Source: Macrostomum lignano
Lineage: Eukaryota
Length of the DNA stretch: 64,000 nt
Assembly (NCBI GenBank): GCA_002269645.1
Contig: NIVC01004013.1
Coordinates: forward strand, 1 to 64,000
Reading direction: 5' to 3'
Shown here: piece by piece, positions 42,491 to 55,418 of the stretch
How the letters are laid out: every line of letters starts with the position of its first letter
Numbering within the stretch: position 1 is the stretch's first letter
The notes under the pieces: model-generated
The model's input: the letters and a program-made list of their open reading frames with translations, nothing else
Databases searched by the model: none
What the model was told of the DNA's origin: nothing
Program-made: the position numbers and the translations under genes

Positions 42491-43009
42491 TTCCTTTCCT
42501 TGTCTTCAGAAGCAGTTCAGGAAAAACAGCACGAAAACTGAAAACCGGCGAAACTTGCTGTAGCTGTCCCTGTACGTGGATTAATAATGCGGACTTGGCA
42601 TGTCCAGGCCCGACAGTCGACAACGTTTTTGTCGTGTTCGGTTAACCCCCCCCCCGGCCCCCCCGGTCGCTATAGCTTAATCTCCAATCTACCGACCAAG
42701 CCAGGAACTCCATAAAAACGGCTCCTTGATCCCTTCGTGCTTCCCTGTTTCATCTATTTCCTATTTTAGTCCATCCGTAATCCCCGAGACTAAGCATTCG
42801 GGTGGTTGGTTTTATTAACAAAAAGTTTACAGTGTCCTTCCTGTTCATACGATGCGCAAAAAGCTGCATTCATTTCTGCTGAACTATAACTATAACTGTA
42901 ACTTCAAAGAAAATCTTTGAGAACTATATAGTGGAGAAAACTGCAGATTTCATTAGCGATATGGGGCGATTACTTAAATAGGAAATGCAGGCTGTCATAA
43001 AATGTGATT

Positions 43010-43645
43010 CTACAGGGTCATAGGGCGCGATTCTACAGGTTCAAACTAGGCGATTCTGCAGGTTCATAAGGGGCGATTTTACAGGGTTACAAGGGCCATT
43101 CTACAGGGTCATAAGGGGCGATTTTACAGGGTCATAAGGAGCGATTTTACAGGGTTATAAGGGCCATTCTACAGGGTCATAGGGCGCGATTCTACAGGTT
43201 CAAACTAGGCGATTCTGCAGGTTCATAAGGGGCGATTTTACAGCGTTATAAGGGCCATTCTACAGGGTCATAAGGGGCGATTTTGCAGGGTCATAAGGGC
43301 CATTCTACAGGGTCATAAGGGGCGATTTTACAGGGTCAAAAGGGGCGATTTTACAGGGTTATAAGGGCCATTCTACAGGGTCATAAGGGGCGATTTTACA
43401 GGGTCATAAGGGGCGATTTTACAGGGTTATAAGGGCCATTCTACAGGGTCATAAGGAGCGATTTTAAAGGGTCATAAGGGGCGATTTTACAGGGTTATAA
43501 GGGCCATTCTACAGGGTCATAAGGGGCGATTTTACAGGGTTATAAGGGCCATTCTACAGGGTCATAAGGGGTCATTCTACAGGGTCATAAGGGGCCATTC
43601 TACAGGGTCATAAGGGGCCATTCTACAGGGTCAAAAGGGGCGATT
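43010..43645. repeat. ~21-bp minisatellite (CAGGGTCATAAGGGGCGATTTTA variants)
   Basis: Direct reading. Confidence 0.93.
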
Positions 43646-44096
43646 CTTTAATAGTTCAAAGTTTTAAAATAAACATTTGAACAAACGAAATGTCATTTAG
43701 ATAAAAAATTAACTACTTACAGTAGAAGATCAACGTTAGTTGAATAATCAATAAGTTCACCATGGGCGCGTGTATTTCTCTGGCTTTTTGAACCGGTTGC
43801 AACTTTGTAATCAAGCTGGCATATTATATATATAAGGACTAAGGATATATGAAACTAAAGCCTATTAGATCTAATAATTTATTATGGGAACTATCTGATA
43901 AATTAAACTGCATGACAGAGTGGTTCTGTTCTAAGCGCAAGGCGAAAGAGCGTTTCCTACAAAGTGCAAGTACATTTGAGCACGATAAAAATTCAATAAC
44001 GGACTAACCAATGTATAGATTAATATATTCATATTTCTTCTGATTTCTCAAAAAGAATGAAGGCCACTGGAACTGATATTTATTAATTATAGTCTA

Positions 44097-44625
44097 ATGA
44101 GTGGCACAGTCCACTACAGAGTGGCACGGTCCACTACAGAGTGACACAGTCCACTACAGAGTGACACAGTTCACTACAGAGTGACACAGTTCACTACAGA
44201 GTGACACGGTCCACTACAGAGTGACACAGTTCACTACAGAGTGGCACAGTCCACTACAGAGTGGCACAGTTCACTAGAGTGACACGGTCCACTACAGAGT
44301 GGCACAGTTCACTACAGTGACACAGTTCACTACAGAGTGACACGGTCCACTACAGAGTGACACAGTTCACTACAGAGTGACACAGTTCACTACAGAGTGA
44401 CACGGTCCACTACAGAGTGACACAGTTCACTACAGAGTGACACAGTCCACTACAGAGTGGCACAGTTCACTAGAGTGACACGGTCCACTACAGAGTGGCA
44501 CAGTTCACTACAGTGACACAGTTCACTACAGAGTGACACAGTTCACTACAGAGTGACACGGTCCACTAAAGAGTGACACAGCTCACTAAAGAGTGACACA
44601 GCTCACTAAAAAGTGATACAGTTCA
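44097..44625. repeat. 20-bp minisatellite (AGAGTGACACAGTTCACTAC)
   Basis: Direct reading. Confidence 0.93.
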
Positions 44626-44864
44626 CCCTACGAACCATCATATTTACATAAGTTTATATTTTAATAACAAAATCAAACTTTGGAGCCAAGTAGCAAAGAC
44701 AGGTTTTGGGAAGACTCTATCTTGTCATACTTTTTAGATCCCAAGCGCGAGAATCTGGAAACTAACGTAACCAGCAGTAGACACGTGTCACTCTCTATTA
44801 ACTTGAAAGTCACGAAAGAAATATGAAAAAAGCCAATTGGTGACCTCCTCATCAATATCAAGGG

Positions 44865-47800
44865 TCACTTCCAGCCCACCTGTCTGCGCTCAACGTCAAT
44901 CAGCAGGGCGTACCGGTCCTGCTCGAATGCGTCGCCGCACTGGTCGCTAAGCAACAGGTGCGAACGGGCCGGCCGAGAAGGCAGCTGGCCGAGAGCCTGG
45001 CCAATGTCCATGGCTACCAGGCGGGACTCGGCTGTTGGACTGGGAGCATCGGCTTCGCTGTGGGAGTCCTTGGCTCCGGATTCCTGCATTGGATTGTGGG
45101 ATTGGCTGGAGTGAGGATGGGTCTAGTAGAATCCATTATAGAGTGACCAGAATTCTTATAGAGTGACCAGAATGATTATAGAGTGACCACAATTCTTATA
45201 GAGTAACCAGAATGATTATAGAGTGACCAGAATGATTATAGAGTAACCAGAATGATTATAGAGTGACCAGAATGATTATAGAGTGACCAGAATGATTATA
45301 GAGTGACCACAATTCTTATAGAGTAACCAGAATGATTATAGAGTGACCAGAATGATTATAGAGTGACCAGAATGATTATAGAGTGATCACAATTCTTATA
45401 GAGTAACCAGAATGATTATAGAGTGACCAGAATGATTATAGAGTAACCAGAATGATTATAGAGTAACCAGAATGATTATAGAGTGACCAGAATTCTTAAA
45501 AAGTGACCGCAATCCCTATATAGAGACGAGAATCCTTAGAGTGACCAGAATTCTTTCAGAGGGACCAGAATCCTTACGAAGTGACCGGAATCCTTACGAA
45601 GTGACCGGAATCCTTACGAAGTGACCGGAATCCTTATAGAGTGACCAGATTTCTTTAGTGAACAGGATCTTTAACATAGAGTGACCAGAATTCTTGTAGA
45701 AAGACGAGAGTTCTTATAGAGTGACCAGAATTCTTTTAGAGTGACCAGAATCTTTATAAAGAGTGACCATAATAATTATAGAGTGACCAGAGTCATTATA
45801 CAGTCAACTAACTGAAATCCTAATAGAATGACCAGAATCCTCAGAGTGACCAGAATCCTCAGAGTGACCAGAATCCTTAGAGTGACAAGAGCCCAGTAGA
45901 GTGAGCAGATAAGTGAATCTCGTACAATCATCAATAACGAACCTGTTCAGCAGGCGGCAGCACCCTAACCAAGCCGAGCGCCGTCAGCAATTCAACAGGC
46001 CTATCCGAGTCAAATTCAATAGCGGAGCCGCAGGCGGCCATAGCCCAGTCTTGAGCAGCCTGCTCCAACTGTAGCGGAGTGAGGCCGTCGGGCTTAGCGA
46101 ACAGCATGCAATAAGCCAGCAGAGCGGATTTAAACGCCTCATCTTCGGCTCGATCAGTGAGCAGTGCTAGCAGAGGCCGGTTGCCAGCCAGGCAGTTGTG
46201 ATAAACCAGAGCGGCCAGTTCGGCCAAATGACGCGCCTTTCTCTCTTTGTAGGTGACGGTCCCCCGGAATGCGGCTAGGAGGCTGACGCCGGTGACCAGG
46301 CCCCAGTAGTCTATGTAGGTCAGGTGGTGCTTCCAAGCGTAGCTGGCGAACAGCGCTCCGCCCGTGCCCACCGACAGGGTGCTGAATATGATGCCCCTGT
46401 CCAGGGGGGACATCACCAGGGTGCCTGCGGGATTGTGCAGTAGCTATAATAGATCAGAGATATGTGCAGTAGCTATAATAGATCAGAGATATGTGCAGTA
46501 GCCATAATAGATCAGAGATATGTGCAGTAGCTATAATAGATCAGAGATATGTGCAGCAGCTATAATAGATCAGAGATATGTGCAGTAGCCATAATAGATC
46601 AGAGATACGTGCAGTAGCTATAATAGATCAGAGATATGTGCAGTAGCCATAATAGAGAGATATGTGCAGTAGCGATAATAGATCAGAGATACGTGCAGTA
46701 GCTATAATAGATCAGAGATATGTGCAGTAGCGATAATAGATCAGAGATATGTGCAGTAGCTATAATAGATCAGAGATATGTGCAGTAGCTATAATAGATC
46801 AGAGATATGTGCAGTAGCTATAATAGATCAGAGATATGTGCAGCAGCCATAATAGATCAGAGATATGTGCAGTAGCCATAATAGATCAGAGATATGTGCA
46901 GTAGCTATAATAGATCAGAGATATGTGCAGTAGCTATAATAGATCAGAGATACGTGCAGTAGCTATAATAGATCAGAGATATGTGCAGTAGCCATAATAG
47001 AGAGATATGTGCAGTAGCGATAATAGATCAGAGATACGTGCAGTAGCTATAATAGATCAGAGATATGTGCAGTAGCGATAATAGATCAGAGATATGTGCA
47101 GTAGCTATAATAGATCAGAGATATGTGCAGTAGCTATAATAGATCAGAGATATGTGCAGTAGCGATAATAGATCAGAGATATGTGCAGTAGCCATAATAG
47201 ATCAGAGATATGTGCAGTAGCCATAATAGATCAGAGATATGTGCAGTAGCCATAATAGATCAGAGATATGTGCAGTAGCCAAACCATAAATAGGAAAAGC
47301 TGCTCAATCTACCCAAGACTGCAGGGCTAAAAAAGTCCGGAGACAGTGGCAGCAGCATCCATTCCTTCCCTTGCCTGTCTGCCCGGCTACCAAATATAGT
47401 TTATAACTACAGAAAGTAGAGGAGAGAACTGACTGACTGTCGTTAGCTGTTCCAGTCTGGATTCTCTCTTGTCTAAGGGTAAGCGGCATTAACAATGCCA
47501 ACAACAAAGTCGGGGGCCACCCCTACCCCGCTCTCACTCTCAAGGCGGGACACGCAACAGCCGCAGTTGGGTGTTGCAAAACGCGACAACTAAAAGAGGC
47601 AGTAAAGACTTGGGAAGTGGGGAGGAGGGAGGAAGAGGAAAGATGAAGAATTATTGATGCCGAGGTGGACTGGCTTGGCAGCTGGGAGGTCCTAGACGGA
47701 TTGACAGCAGTCAGAGTCTCATAAGACTGTTAGTAGCGGCATCTCAGAGCATGGCTTGGGCAAGCTTATCACATTAGGGAGGATTTGGGCCCTTTAAGAA

Positions 47801-50800
47801 TCCAATTGTACTACTTGTAGATAGTAGTAGAATTGGAAAAAACTAACCCCCAGATATGTGAAATGACAAGAGATTTTGTGATCCCTAATAACGAATTCTT
47901 GAAATTCTTAATCCCAAGATATTAATCTTTATCCCAAGATCTTAATCTATAATCCTGAGATCTTGATCTTTAATCCCAAGATCTTAATCTTTAATCACAA
48001 GATCTTGATCTTTAATCCCGAGATTTTGATCAATAATCCTGAGATCTTGATCTTTAATCCCAAGATCTTAATCTTTAATCACAAGATCTTAATCTTTATC
48101 CCAAGATCTTAATCTTTAATCCCAAGATCTTAATCTTTAATCACAAGATCTTAATCTATAATCCTGAGATCTTGATCTTTAATCCCAAGATTTTGATCAA
48201 TAATCCCGAGATCTTGATCTTTAATCCCAAGATCTTGATTTTTAATCCCAAGATCTTGATTTTTAATCCCAAGATCCTGATCTATAATCCCCAGATTTGA
48301 ACCCTAAACACCAAGATTCAGTTCCGTAATCCACAGATCTCGCATCCCGAATTCCTGGTGCATCACAGCAAGTGAAAGCGCCTCACCCTCAGGCAGCAGC
48401 ATGTCAATCTCGCTGGCGTCCACGTTTTTAAACATTTTAACGCTCAGCCGATCGCTCTGCTTGAGTCTGACGGCCAGCACCAGACGCTGGTACAGCTGCG
48501 GCTCTCCAGCGCCACCGCGGCGGCCTCCGCTCATCAGCACAGACCGAGCCCGCCCCAGTAGGCCGGTGGCAGCGGCTTTAGGCGCCTCAGTCTGGCCGAT
48601 GACCCACACGCGGAGTACGTCGTATTTGGACAGGTCCACGCCCACCTGGGATGCAGAGGTTGGAGCAGCGCAAAATGACAGTTATGGTCCTTTGGATTGG
48701 CTGGGAAGACACTGTACATATAATAAAAGATTTGCATTGTAAAGAATTCAGGAAAAGACGTACAGTAAGGAAGACTAGGTGAGATGGAGAGACTGGGAGC
48801 ACATGGGAATGATGGAAAGAGACTGGGAGCACAGGGGAATGATGGGAAGAGACTGGGAGCACAAGGAAATGATGGAAAGAGACTGGGAGCACAGGGGAAG
48901 AGACTGGGAGCACAGGGGAAGAGAGTGGGAGCACAGGGGAAGAAAGTGGGAGCACAGGGGAAGAGAGTGGGAGCACAGGGGAAGAGAGTGGGAGCACAGG
49001 GGAATGATGGGAAGAGACTGGGAGCACAGGGGAATGATGGGAAGAGACTGGGAGCACAAGGAAATGATGGAAAGAGACTGGGAGCACAGGGGAAGAGACT
49101 GGGAGCACAGGGGAATGATGGGAAGAGAATGGGAGCACAGAGGAATGATGGGAAGAGACTGGGAGCACAGGGTAATGATGGGAAGAGAGTGGGAGCACAG
49201 GGGAAGAGAGTGGGAGCACAGGGGAAGAGAGTGGGAGCACAGGGGAAGAGAGTGGGAGCACAGGGGAAGAGAGTGGGAGCACAGGGGAAGAGAGTGGGAG
49301 CACAGGGGAAGAGAGTGGGAGCACAGGGGAAGAGAGTGGGAGCACAGGGGAATGATGGGAAGAGACTGGGAGCACAGGGGAATGATGGGAAGAGAATGGG
49401 AGCACAAGGAATGATGGGAAGAGACTGGGAGCACAAGGAATGATGGGAAGAGACTGGGAGCACAGGGGAATGATGGGAAGAGAATGGGAGCACAGAGGAA
49501 TGATGGGAAGAGAATGGGAGCACAAGGAATGATGGGAAGAGACTGGGAGCACAGGGGAATGATGGGAAGAGACTGGGAGCACAGGGGAATGATGGGAAGA
49601 GACTGGGAGCACAGAGGAATGATGGGAAGAGACTGGGAGCACAGAGGAATGATGGGAAGAGACTGGGAGCACAGAGGAATGATGGGAAGAGACTGGGAGC
49701 ACAGGGGAATGATGGGAAGAGACTGGGAGCACAGGGGAAGAGAAAATAACAGGTGCAGAACGGGGATGGCAGCAGGACAGCACTGTAACTATTTAAACTC
49801 CAGCATAATTTCAAGTCACCTGCACGCCGGCCCTGGACTTGTGCAGGCTGAGCGCCCTGGCTACCTGAGCGCTGCCCAATTCGCGAAAATTGCCGGCCTC
49901 CAGCACGGCGGCCAGGCGGCGCAGGAAGTCAAATTCTGCGTCCAGTCGGGCTCTGCGCGGCATCTGATTGGTCGGCGTGTCGTCGTCTGGGTTCAGCGGG
50001 GCGAACAGGTCGCTGCGGGAGGGCGAGACATATCGATTAAGGAATGGGTGACGGGCACTCCCAGATCCTCAGTGGCTGATCTAGCCTCCCAGATCCTCAG
50101 TGGCTGATCCAGCCTCCCAGATCCTCAGTTGCTGGGCCAGCCTCCCAGATTCTCAGTGGCTGGGCCAGCCTCCCAGATTCTCAGTTGCTGGGCCAGCCTC
50201 TCAGATCCTCAGTTGCTGGGCCAGCTTCCCAGATCCTCAGTTGCTGGGCCAGCCTTCCAGATTCTCAGTTGCTGGGCCAGCCTCCCAGATTCTCAGTTGC
50301 TGGGCCAGCCTGCCAGATTCTCAGTTGCTGGGCCAGCCTCCCAGATCCTCAGTGGCTGGGCCAGCCTCCCAGATCCTCAGTTGATGGGCCAGCCTCTCAG
50401 ATCCTCAGTTGCTAAGCCAGCCTCCCAGATCCTCAATTGCTGGGCCAGCCTCCCAGATCCTCAATGGCTGATCCAGCCTCCCAGATTCTCAGTGGCTGGG
50501 CCAGCCTCCCAGATCCTCAATTGCTGGGCCAGCCTCCCAGATTCTCAGTTGCTGGGCCAGCCTCTCAGATCCTCAGTTGCTGGGCCAGCCTCTCAGATCC
50601 TCAGTTGCTGGGCCAGCCTCCCAAATCCTCAGTTGCTGTGCCAGCCTCCCAGATCCTCAGTTGCTGGGCCAGCCTCCCAGATCCTCAGTTGCTGGGCCAC
50701 AGATCCACAGTTGCTCACCGCAGCTCCCTCAGAGTGCCGTAGAACTGCCCCACCAGAGCGTGGTCAAGCGAAGCGGCCAAGTTTTGAAAACCGGCCTGCT

Positions 50801-51047
50801 GACCGGCCGTGCTCACGGCGGCCTCTTTGCACAGCAGACGGACTAGCGACGCCTTGGCCAGCGGCAGGTGCCGCTCCCTGAAGCCGCCGGCCCCCGGCTC
50901 TTGCGGACCGACCTCCAGCTTGGCCAGAGCGGCGCCGACATCGCGCAGGCGTCGCCAACTGCCGCCGGGCAGCAGGGGGACGGGCAGCTCGCTGACCCGG
51001 TCAAACAGGCGACGATAAGAGACGCCGCCAAGTGACTTCTTCAGCAT
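44865..51047 (-). CDS. TMEM143: TMEM143-like (DUF3754) membrane protein; exons 51047-50719, 50012-49820, 48645-48387, 46424-45943, 45083-44865 (493 aa)
   Basis: FRERHLPLAKASLVRLL, LFAPLNPDDDT, LEAGNFREL, YQRLVLAVR, KMFKNV..IDMLLPE, two TM helices, LVYHNCLAGN..LL..RAEDEAFKSALLAY follow the TMEM143 pattern. All four GT-AG introns are phase-consistent (2,0,1,0). An AG just upstream of the ATG suggests a further 5' exon or trans-splicing. Confidence 0.85.
45135..45905. repeat. 20-bp minisatellite (AGAGTGACCAGAATGATTAT) in TMEM143 intron 4
   Basis: Direct reading. Confidence 0.92.
46433..47281. repeat. ~29-bp minisatellite (TAGCTATAATAGATCAGAGATATGTGCAG) in TMEM143 intron 3
   Basis: Direct reading; starts about 9 nt from the splice acceptor. 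Confidence 0.95.
47910..48300. repeat. ~21-bp minisatellite (AATCCCAAGATCTTAATCTTT) in TMEM143 intron 3
   Basis: Direct reading. Confidence 0.9.
48780..49742. repeat. 21/29-bp purine-rich minisatellite (GGGAAGAGACTGGGAGCACAG[GGGAATGAT]) in TMEM143 intron 2
   Basis: Direct reading. Confidence 0.93.
50058..50700. repeat. ~28-bp minisatellite (CAGATCCTCAGTTGCTGGGCCAGCCTCC) in TMEM143 intron 1
   Basis: Direct reading. Confidence 0.93.
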
Positions 51048-52769
51048 CTGGCTGAGTTAAAGCTGAGTGGTTAGATTGGCAGCAGTTGGTGGGTCACAGG
51101 CTAGGTTTTAACTTTATTATCGACATCTTGATGCTAAATTGGCACCCAGTTTTTTCCAAGCTGGATTCCTTTCAATTTAAGTTCCATGTATTTTTAAAAA
51201 CTTTTTTGACCTATTCTAACTGGCAACCCAGTTTTCAGCTTAACTTTGATGCTTAAGAAAGCCCAGAGTTTTATGCTTTTTAATTGTAATATTCCAATAC
51301 AATTTGTCTAATCTAAGTTGAGCTCAAGAGTATGGTTTAGGGATGTTTTTGAAATTCTTTGCTTTAGAAATGTAAAGAATAGGAAAATAATTGCAAAATG
51401 CCTGCACTATTAAATATATGCATTATTGATTTTTATATTGATTATTGAAAATGTTTTACTATAGCTTGTACTATCTTCAGGCAATAATATTTAAAAAATA
51501 GAAGGATAAAAGGATTTAGAATAGTGTAAATAGATACTAATTAGGCTTAATATCAAATCATGATCAAATCTCAATTATCTCAAAAGTATAGATCTTGAGT
51601 TGCAAAAATTTCAAAAAAAATGTGATTTTGTCTAATCCCTAGAGATAGGATAAAAGGAAAAATAGGATATGATAATAAAAATAGGATAGGATACAATAAA
51701 AATAGGATAGGATAAATAGAAATACCCCATTTCTTCTGTTGTACTCTACTAAAGCTATGTTTTAAAAAATAAAACTAGGCCTCTTTGCTACATATATAAA
51801 AAAGGCCTAAATCATAAATGATCACTTGTGCAACTATTTATAGAAATGTTCTATATACACAAACAAGCATAAAGAATAAACTAGCCTAATTAGAGGCTAC
51901 CACATAAAAAAGAAGATTAAAAAAAAATATTGTTCATTTTTATATATAAATCTGCTTGTCACAAAACTAAGTCATATTTTAAATAAAAAATAAGTTGCAT
52001 AGCTAATGTAACTTCAAAGTATATAGATATATCGATAAAAATCACTATAATTATTAAGGTCTTGATATCATAGATCTAATCAATGACAAAAAACATTACT
52101 TAATGAAAAATGATTCAAGGTCACAAACTAGCAAATATTTAATATAAGTTAATAAGACAAAATCTTAGAATGGATAAAAGTCATGATTTAAGTTATAATC
52201 ACTAATAGTTTGATAGTTTTCAAAATACAAATTATGATACCATTGGTATAATGAGTGACAATACTTTAACATATATGTGATTTTTATACAATGCTAAAAA
52301 AGGTATTAGATGGCAAAAAAATTTTATTATATCTAACCCTATGACAATCAAGGTTCTATTTGTATATGAGAAAAGCCTAGTATTAGGGTTGTACTTTGTT
52401 TTTTTTTATGTTGTTTCATCATCATCTCTCTCTCTTTCCTGTGACTAATCATTCTTATATGCTATTGCTTTATTCCTGACCCTATCTATTGAAATATTTA
52501 TACTTTCCAACTTGTACATAGTTTTAACCTCCTGCCAACCAATAGACATGTCTATTGATATACATAGTTTTGTGTTATAAAGTCAATACTTAGTAAATTT
52601 GGTATAGTTCTTTTTGTGTAAGCCTATTTTCTCCTTTACTTGCAAATATGTCTTGACTCAGTTTTGCCTAGACTTACACTTAGTGGTTAGCTATTGCTGA
52701 GTATATATCAAGTGGCAATCTTCTAGTTTGTTTTAAAATGTTATTTTTAATAGGATATATAACAATTAA

Positions 52770-53705
52770 CTGACATCAATTAACTGACATTCCAAGATGT
52801 CAGCAGTTCGTCTACCTCGGCGGTCTGGTTCCCGATGTCCGTGAGGATCTGCAGCGTCGCCAAGGACTTGCCTGGGCTGCCTTTTGTTCTATAAGGTCAG
52901 TCCTGCAGTCTGAGGCCCTACCGGACTGCCAGAAGGCAGCGCTGTTCCAGGCGGTGATCGAGACCGTCCTGTTATACAACACTGAGACCTAGACGCTAAC
53001 AGACTCACTTGAGGCTCAAGTCAACGCGGCGCACACTGGCCTGCTGCGTGCCACCTTCAAGATCAGCAACGAGCGAGTCACCAACACGACGCTCTATCAT
53101 TGCGCCAGCCTGGCCCATCCTAGCAATCTGCTGCGCCGTCGGCGACTCCAGCTGGCAAGCCATGTCATCCCTGATTGCAGTACATGGGCATTTTGGCGGA
53201 CGGCGTCCGGCACGGATCAGCCTGCGCGGCGCAGCATTGGTGGTGGACCAGGGGTAAGTTGCAAAAATGCCACCCCATAGAATACGGGCGTAGTACTAAT
53301 TAGATGCCGAGGCATTTAGGCTTGATAAGACAGTCATAGTTACTCCTGCCGTTTACCCAAAACTTAAGCGTTAATTTTGCTTTAAGGTTTCTTTCACAGG
53401 TAAGTCATTTCACAGCGTGGCGCAGGTTGTGTAGGTGTCTGGCGTACTTAAGCCATGCGCTGCAATAGGGATGTCATCTACGCTGAGGCCTACTGTCCGG
53501 AGCCAGTGCAGGAGATGCTGCTACTTATGTTGCAGGCACCCTACCGGCGGGGACAGGCGAGGACTCGGCGCTACGTCGACTGTCTGCTGGCTGACACTGG
53601 CGCCCTAGACTCTGCCAATGGTGCGGCCTTTGTTCGTGCCCAAGCTTCGAAGTGCACCATCTGACGCTGCTTTCGCAAACTGACAGCGTACTCTGTTGTT
53701 GTTGT
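52770..53705 (+). mobile_element. 5'-truncated RTE-like LINE, (GTT)n-tail family copy 3 (decayed, interrupted)
   Basis: 14-bp TSD TATATAACAATTAA at 52756-52769 and 53706-53719; QFVYLGG..RRQGLAWAAF..LFQAVIETVLLYNTET*TLT..HVI[insertion]YAEAYCPEPVQE..RRYVDCLL; (GTT)n tail. Confidence 0.9.
53169..53470. mobile_element. 302-bp non-autonomous DNA transposon nested in LINE copy 3
   Basis: Ends CCCTGATTGCAG / CTGCAATAGGG; TSD ATGTCAT at 53162-53168 and 53471-53477; removing it restores the LINE frame (HVIYAEAYC). Confidence 0.85.
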
Positions 53706-55345
53706 TATATAACAATTAAATACAAATAGTCAATTAGGGCCTAGTCAGTCAAGCAGTTAGGCCTAGTTAGATAGAGACATTAGTATATTTAGATTATTTC
53801 AACTCCAGAAAAGTAATCTACAAACTATTTTAAGTACAAAAAACTACCTTTAAGAGACCTTAGCCTGATTAAGCACTAATTCTATGCTTCTAAACTTGTT
53901 GTTATAATGGGACTAACATCAGAAAGCCACAAATAGTCTATGCCATGGCCAAAACATTAAAACATTTTGCAACTTGAAAAAAGTCTATGGTCTAGACTTT
54001 AGTCCAAACATCTATGGTCTTTAGGCCCTAACAAGTTAACAAATAACAAATAGGGCCTAAATAGAAATAGTCTAAACAAGTTTAGAAGCATATAATTAGT
54101 GCTTAATCAGGCTTAGGTTTTTTGCAATGCTAGAGGAATTCCTCTAGATGTGCCTCAAAAAGGACATCAGACAGAAGTGCTATTCATAATAAAGCTTGGT
54201 GTTGCTGGCTAGCTAGCCATGTTGTAAAAAAACTTGCTAATAAAACTTATCAAACTTGTTCTTGCTGTAGCATACTGCATACATCGTCACATCGATACAT
54301 TTTGATTTACTTAGTAGGCCTAGTAGATAGTAAAGCCAGAGCAAGTTATATCTAATGCTAAGAATTTTTAAGAATTTTAAGAATTAGATAAAATAAGAAA
54401 AAGCAAGATAAGGCTATTTAAATTTTTATTAGATTCCTATATAGTGAGATTTCACCTATAGACTAGATACTAGGGGGTGAAATGGAAATATATCCCAAAA
54501 ACAAATAGGCAGGGTGTTGTTGGTATTTCTTCGCTTCGCGGCCCGGCGGCCGGCCTAACGCATTCGTAGTCCAAAATTCCATAAAGCAAATAATATTTAA
54601 ACAAATACTTTTTGAACTAGAAATTAGGTACTAAACAGATTAGACTTGTAACGGTGCATTTTCTTCATAATTTATGTAAATTTACCCTAAATTCCAGCTT
54701 CGTTCACTTGCTCTACCAACATTTTCAACTTCTTAGATCATTTCTTCTTATTGCAATACTACTTCAAGTGCTATAACAAAAATATCTAAATTTATAAAAC
54801 TGTAGAAAGAGATTGATATTTTACTAGGAAATCTTATTATTTAGTCATTGTAGTCAGTGCATGAGGGAAGGCGAGGGTGCCAGGTCAATGGCTCCCCTCA
54901 GCCGTGTCAAAATGTTTGCTATATCTTTTTGTCTTCTTTTGCGATTGTCGCCGATTCTTGAACAGTTTGGACTTAGACGCAGACGCATGCATGATGCTGA
55001 TTTGGAAGAGGCTTAGTATAGGTTGCCCCCTCAAAATTTCTAAATTGTCGCTTAATTGTGGTGTCAATGCAAATGCAATTCCCAATGCAATGGGAATTGA
55101 GTGCTTTTGCCAGTATGTACACATAGAGCAGTAAATTGTTTATTTACTGTCATGCATAATGTCATACATAATGTCATACATAGAAAAATTTAATGCATGC
55201 TAAACACAGAAACCTTCACATTTTATATTGATTGTTTCACAATTTTTATTGAAAAAAACGGCCTTAAATTCCTCTTTTTTCAGCAACGGAAGAATAAATT
55301 CCTTTGCGAGATACAAAGATGTCAAATCTGGTACCCATCACTATC

Positions 55346-55418
55346 GGGGTACTAGCTCAAATGGTAGAGCGCTCGCTTAGCATGCGAGAGGTACAGGGAT
55401 CGATGCCCTGGTACTCCA
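55346..55418 (+). tRNA. tRNA-Ala-AGC: tRNA-Ala (anticodon AGC)
   Basis: 73-nt cloverleaf: acceptor stem GGGGTAC/GTACTCC with the G3:U70 Ala identity pair, D arm GCTC/GAGC, anticodon arm CTCGC-TTAGCAT-GCGAG, T arm CAGGG-ATCGATG-CCCTG; T5 terminator just downstream. Confidence 0.96.

Noticed and set aside
48534-50881. Long repetitive ORFs (426, 398, 250 aa etc.)
   Set aside because: Translations of intronic minisatellites of the TMEM143-like gene.
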